Positions 16,626 through 29,264 of a DNA stretch of 64,000 nt are shown here, one piece after another. A program made the position numbers and the translations under genes. Source of the DNA: the human T2T-CHM13v2.0 reference genome, Homo sapiens; the NCBI RefSeq assembly GCF_009914755.1, contig NC_060938.1. The stretch is one strand, 5' to 3'. Every line of letters begins with the position of its first letter. The first letter of the stretch is position 1. The notes below the pieces were generated by a model. It was not told the DNA's origin and searched no databases. It saw nothing but the letters and a program-made list of their open reading frames with translations.

Positions 16626-16790
16626 AGGCTATGTGTCTCAGAGTCTCGTCAGAAATGCCCAGCATGTGCTCAGTCATACCCTAAATGGAGGCAGCTGCCC
16701 ACTGTTACACAAGTGATAACAGGGCGAGTGACCTTGACCAGGTGGTAAGTAGACTACATCGGGCCGCTGCCAAAATTGCAAGGGTATACA
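16626..16790 (+). mobile_element. ERV (class III, HERV-S/ERVL-like) integrase fragment without LTRs
   Basis: Frame from 16647 reads RQKCPACAQSYPKWRQLPTVTQVITGRVTLTRW*VDYIGPLPKLQGYT: the CxxC of the HHCC zinc finger plus the W(Q)VDYIGPLP core motif. Confidence 0.8.
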
Positions 16791-17729
16791 ACAACAACAG
16801 AATATACAGCAACAGAATGTACGTTTTTCTCCAGCATGCCCAGAACATTCTCCAAAATAGATGACATGTTAGGCCACAAAATAAGTCTGAAAAAATCTTT
16901 AAATTTTGAAATCATATTAAGTAAGTATCTTTTTCTAACACAATAAGTCTAGAAATCAATAATAGGATGAATTTGAGAAAATTCACAAATATATGGAATA
17001 TAAACCACAACCTTATAAATAGACAAAAGGTCAAAGAAGCAATGAAATAGAAATTTTTTAAAAAATCTTGAAACAAATAAAAATTGAAAAACAACAAAAT
17101 GTATAGGAAAAGCAGTTCTAAGAGGGAAGAATGTAGCAATAAACACATCAAAAAAGAAGAAAGATTGCAAATAAAAACTGTACTGTTACACCTTGAGGAA
17201 CTAGAGTAAGAACAACAAAATAAGCTAAAATTTACTGGAAGGAAGAAATAATAAATAACAAAATAGCTATAAATAAAATAGAGACTAGAAAACAATAGAA
17301 AAGTTCAACAGAATGAAAAGCAGGTTTTTTTTGAAAATATAAACAAATCTGGCAAATCTTTTAACGTAGCTAAATGAGAACAATAAAGGACAGAGTCAAA
17401 TAAATAAAAATAAGAGAATGAACATCACATCTGATACCACAGAAGTACAAAATATTATGAGTCCATTATGGACAATTATTTGCCATCAAATTGGAAAACC
17501 CAGAAAAATAGATAAATTCCAAGATGCACACAACCTATCAACATTGAATCATGAAAAAATAGAAAACATGAAAAAATCAATAAAGAATAAGGGGATTGAG
17601 TCATTAATAAAAAAGTTTCTGATCAGAGAAAAGTCCAGAACCTGATTGTTTAATTGCTAAGTTCTATGAGATATTTACAGAACTGATATCAATCCCTTTC
17701 AAACATATCCAAAAATTAAAGAAAAATGA

Positions 17730-18337
<608 letters not shown>

Positions 18338-18342
18338 CCAAA

Positions 18343-18645
<303 letters not shown>

Positions 18646-18730
18646 CCCAAACTAATTTTATAAGGCCACCATTACTCTGACACCAAAGCTAGATAGGGAT
18701 ACTGAAAATAAAACTATAGGCCAATATTCC

Positions 18731-20722
18731 TTGGAAGGATCAATATCGTTAACATTGCCACACTGCCCAAAGAAATACACCATGGAATACTATGCAGCCA
18801 TAAAAAATGATGAGTTCATGTCCTTTGTAGGAACATGGATGAAATTGGAAATCATCATTCTCAGTAAACTATCGCAAGAACAAAAAACCAAACACCGCAT
18901 GTTCTCACTCATAGGTGGGAATTGAACAATGAGAACACATGGACACAGGAAGGGGAACATCACACTCTGGGGACTGTTGTGGGGTGGGGGGAGGGGGGAG
19001 AGATAGCATTAGGAGATACACCTAATGCTAAATGACGAGTTAATGGGTGCAGCACACCAGCATGGCACATGTATACATATGTAACTAACCTGCACATTGT
19101 GTACATGTACTCTAAAACTTAAAGTATAATAATAATAAAATAAAAAAAAGAAATCTACAGATTTAAAGCTATTCCTATCAAACTAGCAATGTCGTTTTTC
19201 ATAGAATTAGAAAAAAACTATTTTAAAATCCATAAGGGATTTTAATAGAGGCCAAGTAGTCAAACCAATCATCAGTAAAAGGAATAAAATCCTAGGCATC
19301 ACATTACCTGAATTCAAACCATACTATAAGGCTACAGTAATCAGGACATCATGATAATGGTACATAAACAGACACGTAGACCAATGAAACAGAATACAGA
19401 ACCCAGAAATAAAGTTGCACACCTACAACTATCTGCTCTTTGACAAAGTCAACAAAAATAAGCAATGATGTAAGACTCCCTATTCAACAAATGGTGCTTG
19501 GATTACTGGCTGGGCATATTCAGAAGAATGAAACTAAGCCCCTATCTTTCACCATATACAAAAGGTAACTCAAAAAGATGTAAAAGTAAGACCTCAAACT
19601 ATAAGAATCTTAGAAGAAAACCTGGGAAATGGCATTCTGGACATTGGCCTTGGAAAAGAATTTATGGCTAAGTCCTCAAAAGCAATTGCAACAAAAACAA
19701 AAATTGGCAAGTAGAACTTCATTAAAGTAAACAGCTCTGCACAGCAAAAGAAACTATCAATGTAAACAGAAAACCTACAGAATAGGAGAAAATAATTTCA
19801 AACTATGCATCCAACAAGTGTAATATCCAGAATCTGTAAGAAACTTAAACAATGCAGCATGCAAAAAACAAATAATTCCATTAAAAAGTAAACAAAAGAC
19901 ATGAATAGACACTTCTCAAAAGAAGAAACAAATGAAACAATGTTCAACATCAGTAATCATCAGAGAAACGCAAATCAAAACTGCAATGAGATGCCATCTC
20001 ACACCATCCAGAGTGACTCTGACATTAAAAAGTCACAAAATAAAAGATGCTGGTGAGGCCGCAGAGAAAAGAGAATGCTTATAAGCTGTTGGTGAGAATG
20101 TAAATTAGTGTAACCACTGTGAAAACCAGTTTGGAGATTTCTCAAAGAACTTAAAGCAGAACTACCATTAGACTCAGCAATCTCATTACTGGGTATATAC
20201 TAAAAGAAAATAAATCATTCTGCTAAGAAGACACATACATGTGCATGTTCATTGCAGCACTATTCACAATAGCAAAGACATGGAACCAACCTAGGCACCC
20301 ATTAATGGTGGACTGAATAAAGAAAATGTGGTACATATACATCATGGAATACTAGACAGCCATAAAAAGAATGAAATTATGTAATTTGCAACAATATGAA
20401 TGTAGCTGAAGGCCATTATCCTAAGCAAAGCAATTCAGGAACAGAAAACTAAATACCGTATGTTTTCACTTGTAAGTGAGAGTTAACCACTGGGTACTCA
20501 TTGACATAAACACGGGAACAATAGACAATGCAGACTACTAGAGGTGTAAGGGAGGGAGAAAGGAAGATAAGGATTGAAAAACTATTAGGTATCACACTCA
20601 CTACCTGGGTGATGGGATCAATTGTATGCCAAATCTCAACATCACATAATGTACTCATGTAACAAACCTGCATGTTTGTAACAAATCTGTACCTCATGAA
20701 TCTAAAATAAATATTGAAAAAT
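18731..20722 (+). mobile_element. 5'-truncated L1PA15/16-L1PB-age element inserted in the old L1M
   Basis: ORF2 3' half plus 3'UTR; decayed TSD ending 'aggccaatattcc' (18730) and 'aggctaatattcc' (20750). Confidence 0.85.
18775..19148 (+). mobile_element. Young L1PA (L1PA3-like) 3' end
   Basis: ORF2 C-terminus YTMEYYAAIKNDEFMSF...SLIGGN, 3'UTR with G-rich tract and A tail; TSD 'aaagaaat'. Confidence 0.93.
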
Positions 20723-21000
20723 CAGAAAAGTAAAATACAGGCTAATATTCCTGATAAACATTGATGCACACATTCTTAACAAAATATTTGCAGATCAAAT
20801 TCAATAACATATTAAAAAGATCATTCACCATGATCACATGGAATATATCCCAGTGATGCAAGGATGATTCAACATACGCAAATAAATAAATAAATGTGGT
20901 ACACCACATTAAGAATGAAAGACAAAAACCATATGATCATCTTAATAGATGCAGAAAAGGGATTTGACAAAATGTATCATCTTTGTATGCTAAAAAATTC

Positions 21001-21220
21001 TCTGGACATCTTCCCAACTATAATAAATAATACTGCATTTATGTTTCAAAATTGCTGAGAGTAAATTTTAAATGTTTTCATCACAAAAAATAAGCATGTG
21101 AGGCAACAGATTTGGTAATTATCCTGATTTAATAAATTTACATTGTAAACATGCATTGAAATACCCCCCACCCCATAAATATATACATTTATTAGTTGTC
21201 AACTATCAATAATTTTTTTA
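21001..21220 (+). mobile_element. L1MA-type 3'-end fragment inserted in the old L1M
   Basis: 'ttcaaaattgctgagagtaaattttaaatgttttcatcacaaaaaataagcatgtgagg...accccataaatatatac' is the L1MA 3'UTR pattern. Confidence 0.65.
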
Positions 21221-21512
21221 AATGTTTAAAATCTTTCCATGAATTATATAAAAAAGGAATGTACATTAACATAATAGAGGCCGTATGTGACAAGCTCACA
21301 GCTAACATCATAATCAATGATGAAAGTTCAAAATTTTTCCTCTAAGATTGGGAACAAGACAAGTGTGCACCATTCTAGCCATTCAGGACTGAAAATCTGA
21401 GCCTGAGAAATTGGCAAGAAAAAAATATATAAAAGGTACCTTAATCATAAAAAAAGTTAAATAGTCTCTGTTTGTAGATGACATAATCTTATATGTGCCC
21501 TAAAGGAAGCAA

Positions 21513-21525
21513 TAGATAGATAGAT

Positions 21526-21575
<50 letters not shown>

Positions 21576-21580
21576 CAGAT
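21513..21580. repeat. (TAGA)3 TGA (TAGA)12 CAGA tetranucleotide microsatellite
   Basis: Counted directly; the perfect run is 21528-21575. Confidence 0.95.
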
Positions 21581-21849
21581 GACATCTGTATGTGCTGAGT
21601 GTGTGTGTATATATGTTTCTTATATATAACTCTAAAGATTCCATGACAAAACTGTTAGAGCTAATAAACAAATTCATTAATCTTGAAGGATACAAAATTG
21701 ACACACAAGAATCAGTGGCTTTTCTATACACTAATAATGTAATACACTAATAATGTAAAAAGATATCAAGAGAATAGTTCTATTTACAATAGCTACAAAA
21801 ATACTTAGGAATGAATTTAATCAGAGGTAATATATCTGCACGCTGAACA

Positions 21850-22713
21850 TTTATTATTATTATTATTATACTTTAAGTTTTAGGGTACATGTACACAATG
21901 TGCAGGTTAGTTACATATGTATACATGTGCCATGCTGGTGTGCTGCACCCATTAACTCGTCATTTAGCATTAGGTGTATCTCCTAATGCTATCCCTCCCC
22001 ACTCCCCCAACCCCACAACAGTCCCCAGAGTGTGATGTTCCCCTTCCTGTGTCCATGTGTTCTCATTGTTCAATTCCCACCTATGAGTGAGAACATGTTG
22101 TGCTTGGTTTTTTGTCCTTGCGATAGTTTACTGAGAATGATGATTTCCAATTTCATCCATGTCCCTACAAAGGACATGAACTCATCATTTTTTATGGCTG
22201 CATAGTATTCCATGGTGTATATGTGCCACATTTTCTTAATCCAGTCTATCATCGTTGGACATCTGGGTTGGTTCCAAGTCTTTGCTATTGTGAATAGTGC
22301 CGCAATAAACATACATGTGCATGTGTCTTTATAGCAGCATGATTTTAGTCCTTTGGTTATATACCCAGTAATGGGATGGCTGGGTCAAATGGTATTTCTA
22401 GTTCTAGACCTCTGAGGAATCGCCACACTGACTTCCACAATGGTTGAACTAGTTTATAGTCCCACCAACAGTGTAAAAGTGTTCCCATTTCTCCACATCC
22501 TCTCCAGCACCTGTTGTTTCCTGACTTTTTAATGATTGCCATTCTAACTGGTGTGAGATGGTATCTCATTGTGGTTTTGATTTGCATTTGTCTGATGGCC
22601 AGAGATGGTGAGCATTTTTTCATGTGTTTTTTGGCTGCATAAATGTCTTCTTTTGAGAAGTGTCTGTTCATGTCCTTCGCCCACTTTTTGATGGGGTTGT
22701 TTGTTTTTTTCTT
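21850..22713 (-). mobile_element. Young L1PA (L1PA3/4-like) 3' portion, about 860 bp
   Basis: (TTA)n tail, reverse 3'UTR, and ORFs 22070-22312 and 22357-22794 giving the ORF2 C-terminus. Confidence 0.95.
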
Positions 22714-22851
22714 CTTTTTACTCTGTGTTCTCAATAGGCTAATAATCCTTAGTAGAGTATACAAAATTTGTTTAGAAAGCAAAACTTCAAACATTTCTTG
22801 GGTACCACAATGGTTTTGTAAGAATTCAACATCAATTGAAATATTAAAACC

Positions 22852-23155
22852 GGCCAGGAACCGTGGCTCACTCCTGTAATCCCAGCACTTTGGGAGGCTG
22901 AGGCAGGCAGATCACGAGGTCAGGAGATCGAGACTATCGTGGCTAACACAGTGAAACCTCGTCTCTACTAAAAATACAAAAAAATTAGCCAGGTGTGGTG
23001 TTGGGCGCCTGTAGTCCCAGCTACTCAGGAGGCTGAGGCAGGAGAATGGTGTGAACCCAGGAGGCGGAGCTTGCAGTGAGCCTAGATCGTGGCACTGCAC
23101 TCCAGCCTGGGCAACAGAGCAAGACTCCGTCTCAAAAAAAAAAAAAAAAAAAAAA
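22852..23155 (+). mobile_element. AluY
   Basis: Diagnostic 'gatcacgaggtcaggagatcgagac...ggctaacac', 'gagaatggtgtgaacc...cggagcttgcagtgag'; poly-A; TSD 'aaaacc'. Confidence 0.95.
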
Positions 23156-24134
23156 CCAACAGTGAAAGTCTCATCACCACTCTTTCTCTCTCTACAGTCC
23201 AATATTTAGTAAAAGGAGATTATCTATGTTAAGAATTAGTCAATATTCTATGAATTTCTCCATGAGCCTTGCTCAGTGTAGACATTATTTTGATTTACTT
23301 TAGTAAAAACATTTAATCATCACATTAATTATAAATGTTAACATTCATGTAATCAAATGAAAATAATTTAAATTGCTTTAAGTGTCATCTATCATAGTTT
23401 CATTTTCTAAAAGTGAGTTTGCCCAAAAACACCCAAACTATGAGTTAGGACTTCCAAAGAAAGCCCATTCTAGAGAAAGTTCAAAGGGCTGATGTACTTG
23501 ATGAATTCACTGTCTGCTTAAACAATGAGAGAATTAGTCCTTGCTCTGACCTCTAGGGGAAGCAGGTATGTTTGTTTTAATAACTCCATCTTGGTGTTTA
23601 TCACCAGCCTGCATCTTATGTATCTATTTCCTGTCTCCTTCTTTTTTTAAAATCTGCAAATTATTGCCATGCATTTTTACTGGAAGTAAAAAAGATAACC
23701 AATATACATTCAGAATCTCACTGTTTCTACATGTCTTTGAAGAAGCCACTAGTCAGCCAAAACTGGCAGGTTTAAATAGCAGTGCTGATAACAAATTATA
23801 ATATATACATTGATTAAAAATAAAACATTTTATGTAAAACATAACTAAATGAAAATCATATTATTCTGATCATGAGGGAAATAGTAATATATAATTTTGG
23901 TCAACTAGCATCTGAAAATGTGTATCTAGTTACAGTAAGAAGCAGAAGAGCCACTGTTCTGCTTCGGTTCTACAAATTGAACTTGTTTTTAAAATATAAA
24001 CTTGGATTAGTTTAATCCACAGGGGATAAAAGAGAAAATAATTTATAACATGGTAAAGTAATGAAAATTATGTTATTCCTTTGCTAAATTTAGCATCTGT
24101 GATTAGTCTGACATTTAATCTAATAATGACTTAT

Positions 24135-24830
24135 TAGAAAGTAAAAAAATAACAGATTTTGGTGAGGTTGTGGAGAAAAAGGAAATGCTTATACATTGTT
24201 GATGAGAATGTAAATTAGTTCAGCCACTGTGGAAAGCAGTTTGGATATTTCTCAAATACCTTAGAACAGAACTACCATTCACCCAGCACTCTCATTACTG
24301 GGTATATACTCAAAAGAAAATAAATTGTTTTACCAAAAATATATGCATTTGCATTTAATCACAGCACTATTCACAACAGCAAAGACATATAATCAACCTA
24401 GGTGCCTGTTAACAGTGGACCAGAAAAAGAAAATATGGTTCATATAAACCATGGAATAGTATGCAGCCATAAGAAAGAATGAAATCATTTCCTCTGCAGC
24501 AACATGCATGTAGCTGGAAGCCATTATCCTAAGTGAATTAATGCAGGAACAGAAAAACCATATACTGCATGTTCTCACTTATATGTGGGAGCTAAACATT
24601 GAGAACACACAGATGGAAACAACAGACTCTGGGATGGGAATAATAGACACTGGAGCCATATAGAGGGAGGATGATGGGCAATGGGTAAGGGTTGAAAGAT
24701 TACCTATTGTGTAGTATGCTAACTACCTAGGTGATAAGATCATCTGTACCCCAAATATCAGCAACACACAATTTATCCATGTAATAAATCTGCACATGTA
24801 CCTCCTGAAACTAAAAGTTGAAAAAAAAGA
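24135..24830 (+). mobile_element. L1PA15/16-L1PB-age 3' end
   Basis: ORF2 end and 3'UTR ('gtgggagctaaacattgagaacac...aaatctgcacatgtacc...aaaagttgaaaaaaa'). Confidence 0.85.
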
Positions 24831-24931
24831 AAATGAGAATCACTGAGTTATTTTAATATTTAATTTGCTTACTTATATTTTAATTTTCATAGTTTGAGTA
24901 TTTGTTTTAATTCAGAAAACATTTAGGGATA

Positions 24932-25011
24932 GTCTACGACTATATCACCCTGAATGCAGCTGATTTTAGAAGCTAAGCAAGGTCAGGCCTGGTTAGTACT
25001 TGGATGGGAGA
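24932..25011 (+). pseudogene. 5S rRNA retropseudogene, 3'-truncated (tailless)
   Basis: 'gtctacgactatatcaccctgaatgc...agctaagcaaggtcaggcctggttagtacttggatgggaga' aligns to about nt 1-90 of 5S rRNA (GTCTACGGCCATACCACCCTGAACG...GGTTAGTACTTGGATGGGAGA) with a deletion of about 10 nt. Confidence 0.92.
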
Positions 25012-26879
25012 AAACAGTTGTGAATGACCAAATGAGATAAATGGCTAAATCAATTGATTCTTTTTTATTTCCCTTTACTCTCCACTTGTATTCTTGACTG
25101 AACACATATAACCTCTTAGTTAATGGAATTGTCTAGCCATACTGCTAATATATTCACTTTTTATAATTTTGCCACCCAAGTACTATCCCTTATTTTCTAA
25201 ACCCACTAGCGCTTTTTAACCTACATCTAAAAGGGTTCTTTTTCTATTTTATTAACTTGATAAATATATCAGAACAAAGTTTTCTTGCACTTATAATGTT
25301 GAGAATATTTCTATTGAATATACAAGTGTATTACAATATTTATAGTGGTTATTTTGGCAGCAAATATAATTTTTTGCTTTCCAAACATTTTTCTTGGTGA
25401 TAAGTGAACATTATCCATAGATTAATCCATATATGGCTTAACACTTTCATGAAAAGGAAACATAACAAAAACTTATGACCAATAGAAGCCATGCAGCCCT
25501 TGTTGTTATAAAAATAACGGTCAGTTATACCTTTCCACATATGCCAACTACTATTTTAGTGCTTTTGTAGAAATGTATTATTTGTTACCAAACATATGCC
25601 CACAGTACTGGACATCCTATTCTTTTCATTCTTAAATAAGCAACGAGTTAAAAGAAGTGTAGTAATGCTACATCTTTTAGCCACCTGAAAGGCACTGAAA
25701 GAGCTAGGTCCTCCAGTCATAAGCCATTCATCCCATTCTCAGACTGGGATGAAAATGCTAGAGAGTTACAAATGCTATTTGATCCAGAGAGAGAGAGAAA
25801 TAAAATGCTATTTGATCCAATTTAATTCAGTTATTTTGTATTCCTTTTTAGTAAACTGTTAATTGTATAACATGTACTACTCAAAAATTAAAATTTTTTA
25901 TTTGAAGTTTAACTGTGCCTTAAGAAGATCTGTTTTCTTTTGCTTTGTTTAACTTATTTTTAGCACTGATTTTAAAATGAACATTTTTTAAAATATTTAA
26001 TCTTTGGCCATGTACACAAATTGTCATAATGAATGATTTTATCCATAACAATGTATTTTAATCCATTTAAATATAGACTTAGCTGGATATTTTAAAAAAT
26101 ATGCTTACAAAAATTCAAAAAAGCCTAAACAGTAATAAATATAATTTTATGGTCTTAATTTTCTTATTTTACATATTAAACTAAAAAAAATTACTGTGTG
26201 AGACTCCTCAAGAATTTCTCCTGTTAGTATTTGGAGATTAAAGGTGCATAATTTTGAAAAACAATTTCATACCTACTATGCAGATTCAATTACTGCCTGA
26301 AAGCAGATGCTAAAGATGATAATTTTAATCTTTTATAAAGTAGTCAACTACACAGTTCTACCAATTATATTTAATAGAGAAAAATAATTTCATTGACACT
26401 AAGTCTTCTTTACCATTCTTCCAAAGTAAAGTTCTGTGGTCCATATTGGTTTGGGTAACTTTATAGTTACCAGAAAATGGGGTAATTCTAAAGAATAGAA
26501 TTTCATTAATGAACATGCATAGCACCTGTATGTATACGATTAAATGCACAAATATATTTCATATATGTTACCCTTTAGAGCCTCCTACCAATCTGTGAGG
26601 TTAAAGATTGGGTATTATTTTATTTTTACAGGAAAAAATCCATGTTCAAAAGAGTTAGGAGTGTATTTCCCTATTAAATGCTGAGGCCAGGACTAGAATT
26701 TAAATGTTGGCATTTCAGGTTTTCCTTTTAACTTAGATATTTAAGCCAAATAATGTATTCTGAATATCTGATGAGCTATTAAGCCATGAAATTGAAATAT
26801 AGAATAGATTTTCTTTTTTCTCTTCTGGTGCTCCAGAACTAGAATGTGGTATAAATATGTTCATTTGCATCTGTGTATG

Positions 26880-26940
26880 TCTCTTTTCTCTCTCTCTCTC
26901 TCCCCCTCTCTCTATGTGTGTGTGTGTATGTATGTGATGT
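26880..26940. repeat. Imperfect (TC)n(TG)n simple repeat
   Basis: Seen directly. Confidence 0.8.
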
Positions 26941-27022
26941 TTACTAATAATTGTCATAAAAATAAAAGAGAAGGAAAAGGAAGCTAGGATTAAATTCCTG
27001 AATCAAATCTAAACGGAAGATA

Positions 27023-27064
27023 TTAGGTTGGTGCAAAACCGCAATTACTTTTGCACCAACCTAG
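27023..27064. mobile_element. Internally deleted MADE1 (Hsmar1 mariner MITE)
   Basis: 'ta|ttaggttggtgcaaaa ccgcaattacttttgcaccaaccta': start of the left TIR fused to the right TIR; TA on the left flank. Confidence 0.9.
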
Positions 27065-28140
27065 TGGAAGTGAGCCAAAAGTGTCAGCTCAATGTGGGAA
27101 GACATATAGAATACAAGTGTCAAGGATGTAAGAGCCAGTAAAATAGTCAGGAGGAAGTTTGCATGTGTGTGAAATATCAGAGGAAAGCACTGGGTACAGG
27201 AAGATATGCATTTAAAAGCCAAGGAAACACAAACATAAAGGATTGTTGGTTGCTCAGAGACTGTCTACAAAACACAGATTGCAAAGGGACAAGAAAGAAA
27301 GCACTCCAGCCAGGAGCCCAACAACATGAGATTCAGGAAAATAAGCAAGAGGTCTGCACAGTAATGGTAGGAGTTTTGTACAGTAACCAAATTATGACAC
27401 AAAATACTACACTAAAAGAAAAAAAAATACATCTGGACCCTGGGAAACATTTTTGATTTTATCTAGAAACTTTCTAGAAAGTTAACATTTTAAAATAATT
27501 ATAAAAGCATGGGGTGAACAGTAAGAACATATGCCAGACTGCAGCCAGCTTAAAGCTTCAGAAATAAGTGAAATCATTGGTATATCATTTGGGGATAAAA
27601 GAGAGAGGTAAGAGTATAGTATAGCAGATAGAAGAAAGTGCCATAAAATAATGTGTTAAACTGGGTGTATTAGTAAACTCACTTGCACATGTATGAATGC
27701 TTCAAATTAGAGAGAGGGAAAAGAATGAATACTAGGCACCAAAAAGCTAAGCAACTTTGCTCTTATCCACTCTTGGACTAACTCATTTGGCTAATAGTTA
27801 TTTGACTAATTTTACTCATGGACCTATTGAACTCATGCATCAAGAACTCATGAACTCATCATAGAGACAATAAATGCACGTGGAGACAAAAATCTATGTC
27901 TGCAAACCATAATTACAGAATTTTATATTTCTCATCTTTTGTGCCTTTCTGATTGAAGAAAATACAATAATGTCAATGTCACTTGAATTAATTAAATTGT
28001 ATTTTTCATATATGTCCATCTTCTCTCTTTCTGTAGGAATCAAATACTTTCTATATGTCCATATCTTCAAAATGGTCACAGGTAAAATTATAACTTTTTT
28101 CAGACTATCTTTATTTCACATAGCTTTTGAAAACTACCAG

Positions 28141-29084
28141 ATGGATATAAGAAACAGCTCAATAATAATCTGAGTTTGTTTTGTTAGAATTCATCAGCAC
28201 TTGGGAACTTGAAATTTTGTTTCTTAAATATTTTTGTTGGCCTATGCAGCAATCATGGCAGGAAACCTCACTGCAATCGCTGTAACCTCCAATCCTCCCC
28301 TTTGCTCAACACCTATGTACTTCCTCCTTGGAAATCTCTCCTTTCTCAGTATGTTTATTTCCACAGTCACAATCTCTAAGATGGTCCAGATGTTCTCAGG
28401 GAGAATAAAACCACTTCCTCATGGGGCTGTATGGCTCAGATCTCCACTTCTTAGGAGGCAGTGAGATGACTCTTCTCATATTTATGGCTGTTGATCAGCA
28501 CATTGCAATATGCAGACCTCTTCACTGCAGAACCATCACGAACTGCAGGGTACTCATGGGCACTCATGGGCTCTGTGCTGCTATCACGGGCTGTTGGTTT
28601 TGTGCATATTATAAGCCAGATTGTTTTTATTATCACCTTGCCCTTCTGTGGCCCCAGTGTGGTGGACAATTTATTTTGAGACCTTCCTCTAGTTCTGAAG
28701 CTTGCCTGCACTGAGACCTATGATCTGGAGTTGCTGGTAATTGCTAAAAGTGGACAGTTGTCTTTCATCTGCTTCATAGTCTTGCTCATTTTCTACACTA
28801 TTATTCTGGTAACTGTGCAGCATCGATCCTCTGATGCACTCTCCAAGGCTCTGTCCACACTGTCTGCTCATATCACTGCAGTCACTCTATTTTTATGAGC
28901 CATGTGTCTACATTTACACTTGGCCATTTAGGAGCTTTTCAGTGGATACATTTCTTTCTGTGTTTTATTCAGTTACACCCTTACTGAACCCCATTACTTA
29001 CAGTCTGAGATGAAAGCATCTATACATCAACTGAGGACGCAACACATCATCTCCAGACAAACCTTCTCTAATCAGCAATCATGA
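28141..29084 (+). pseudogene. OR4T1P: Olfactory receptor family 4 pseudogene (probably OR4T1P, by position between OR4L1 and OR4K17)
   Basis: MDIRNSSII then a frameshift before (S)EFVLL; TPMYFLLGNLSF; [14 protein letters not shown] (decayed MAYDRYVAIC); 10-bp duplication at 28551-28570; TGA at 28677-28679 in F(C)DLP; KALSTLSAH; TPLLNPI. Pseudogene status is certain; the symbol rests on recalled gene order. Confidence 0.85.
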
Positions 29085-29264
29085 GGACAGGATATTAGTT
29101 CAGAACCCATATAAATTACGTTTCAGAATATGTTGATATTAATTTTATTTGTTGATTTCTATAAATAATATTGCATATATTGAAATTATCAAATATAATT
29201 TTTCATTATTATATTTCTATGGCATGTTTGGTTTTGTTGAAAATATAATTATCAGCCTGGGAAC

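Noticed and set aside
28234-28714. ORFs 28234-28464, 28421-28714 and 28491-28679 as small proteins
   Set aside because: They are frameshifted pieces of the one OR pseudogene.
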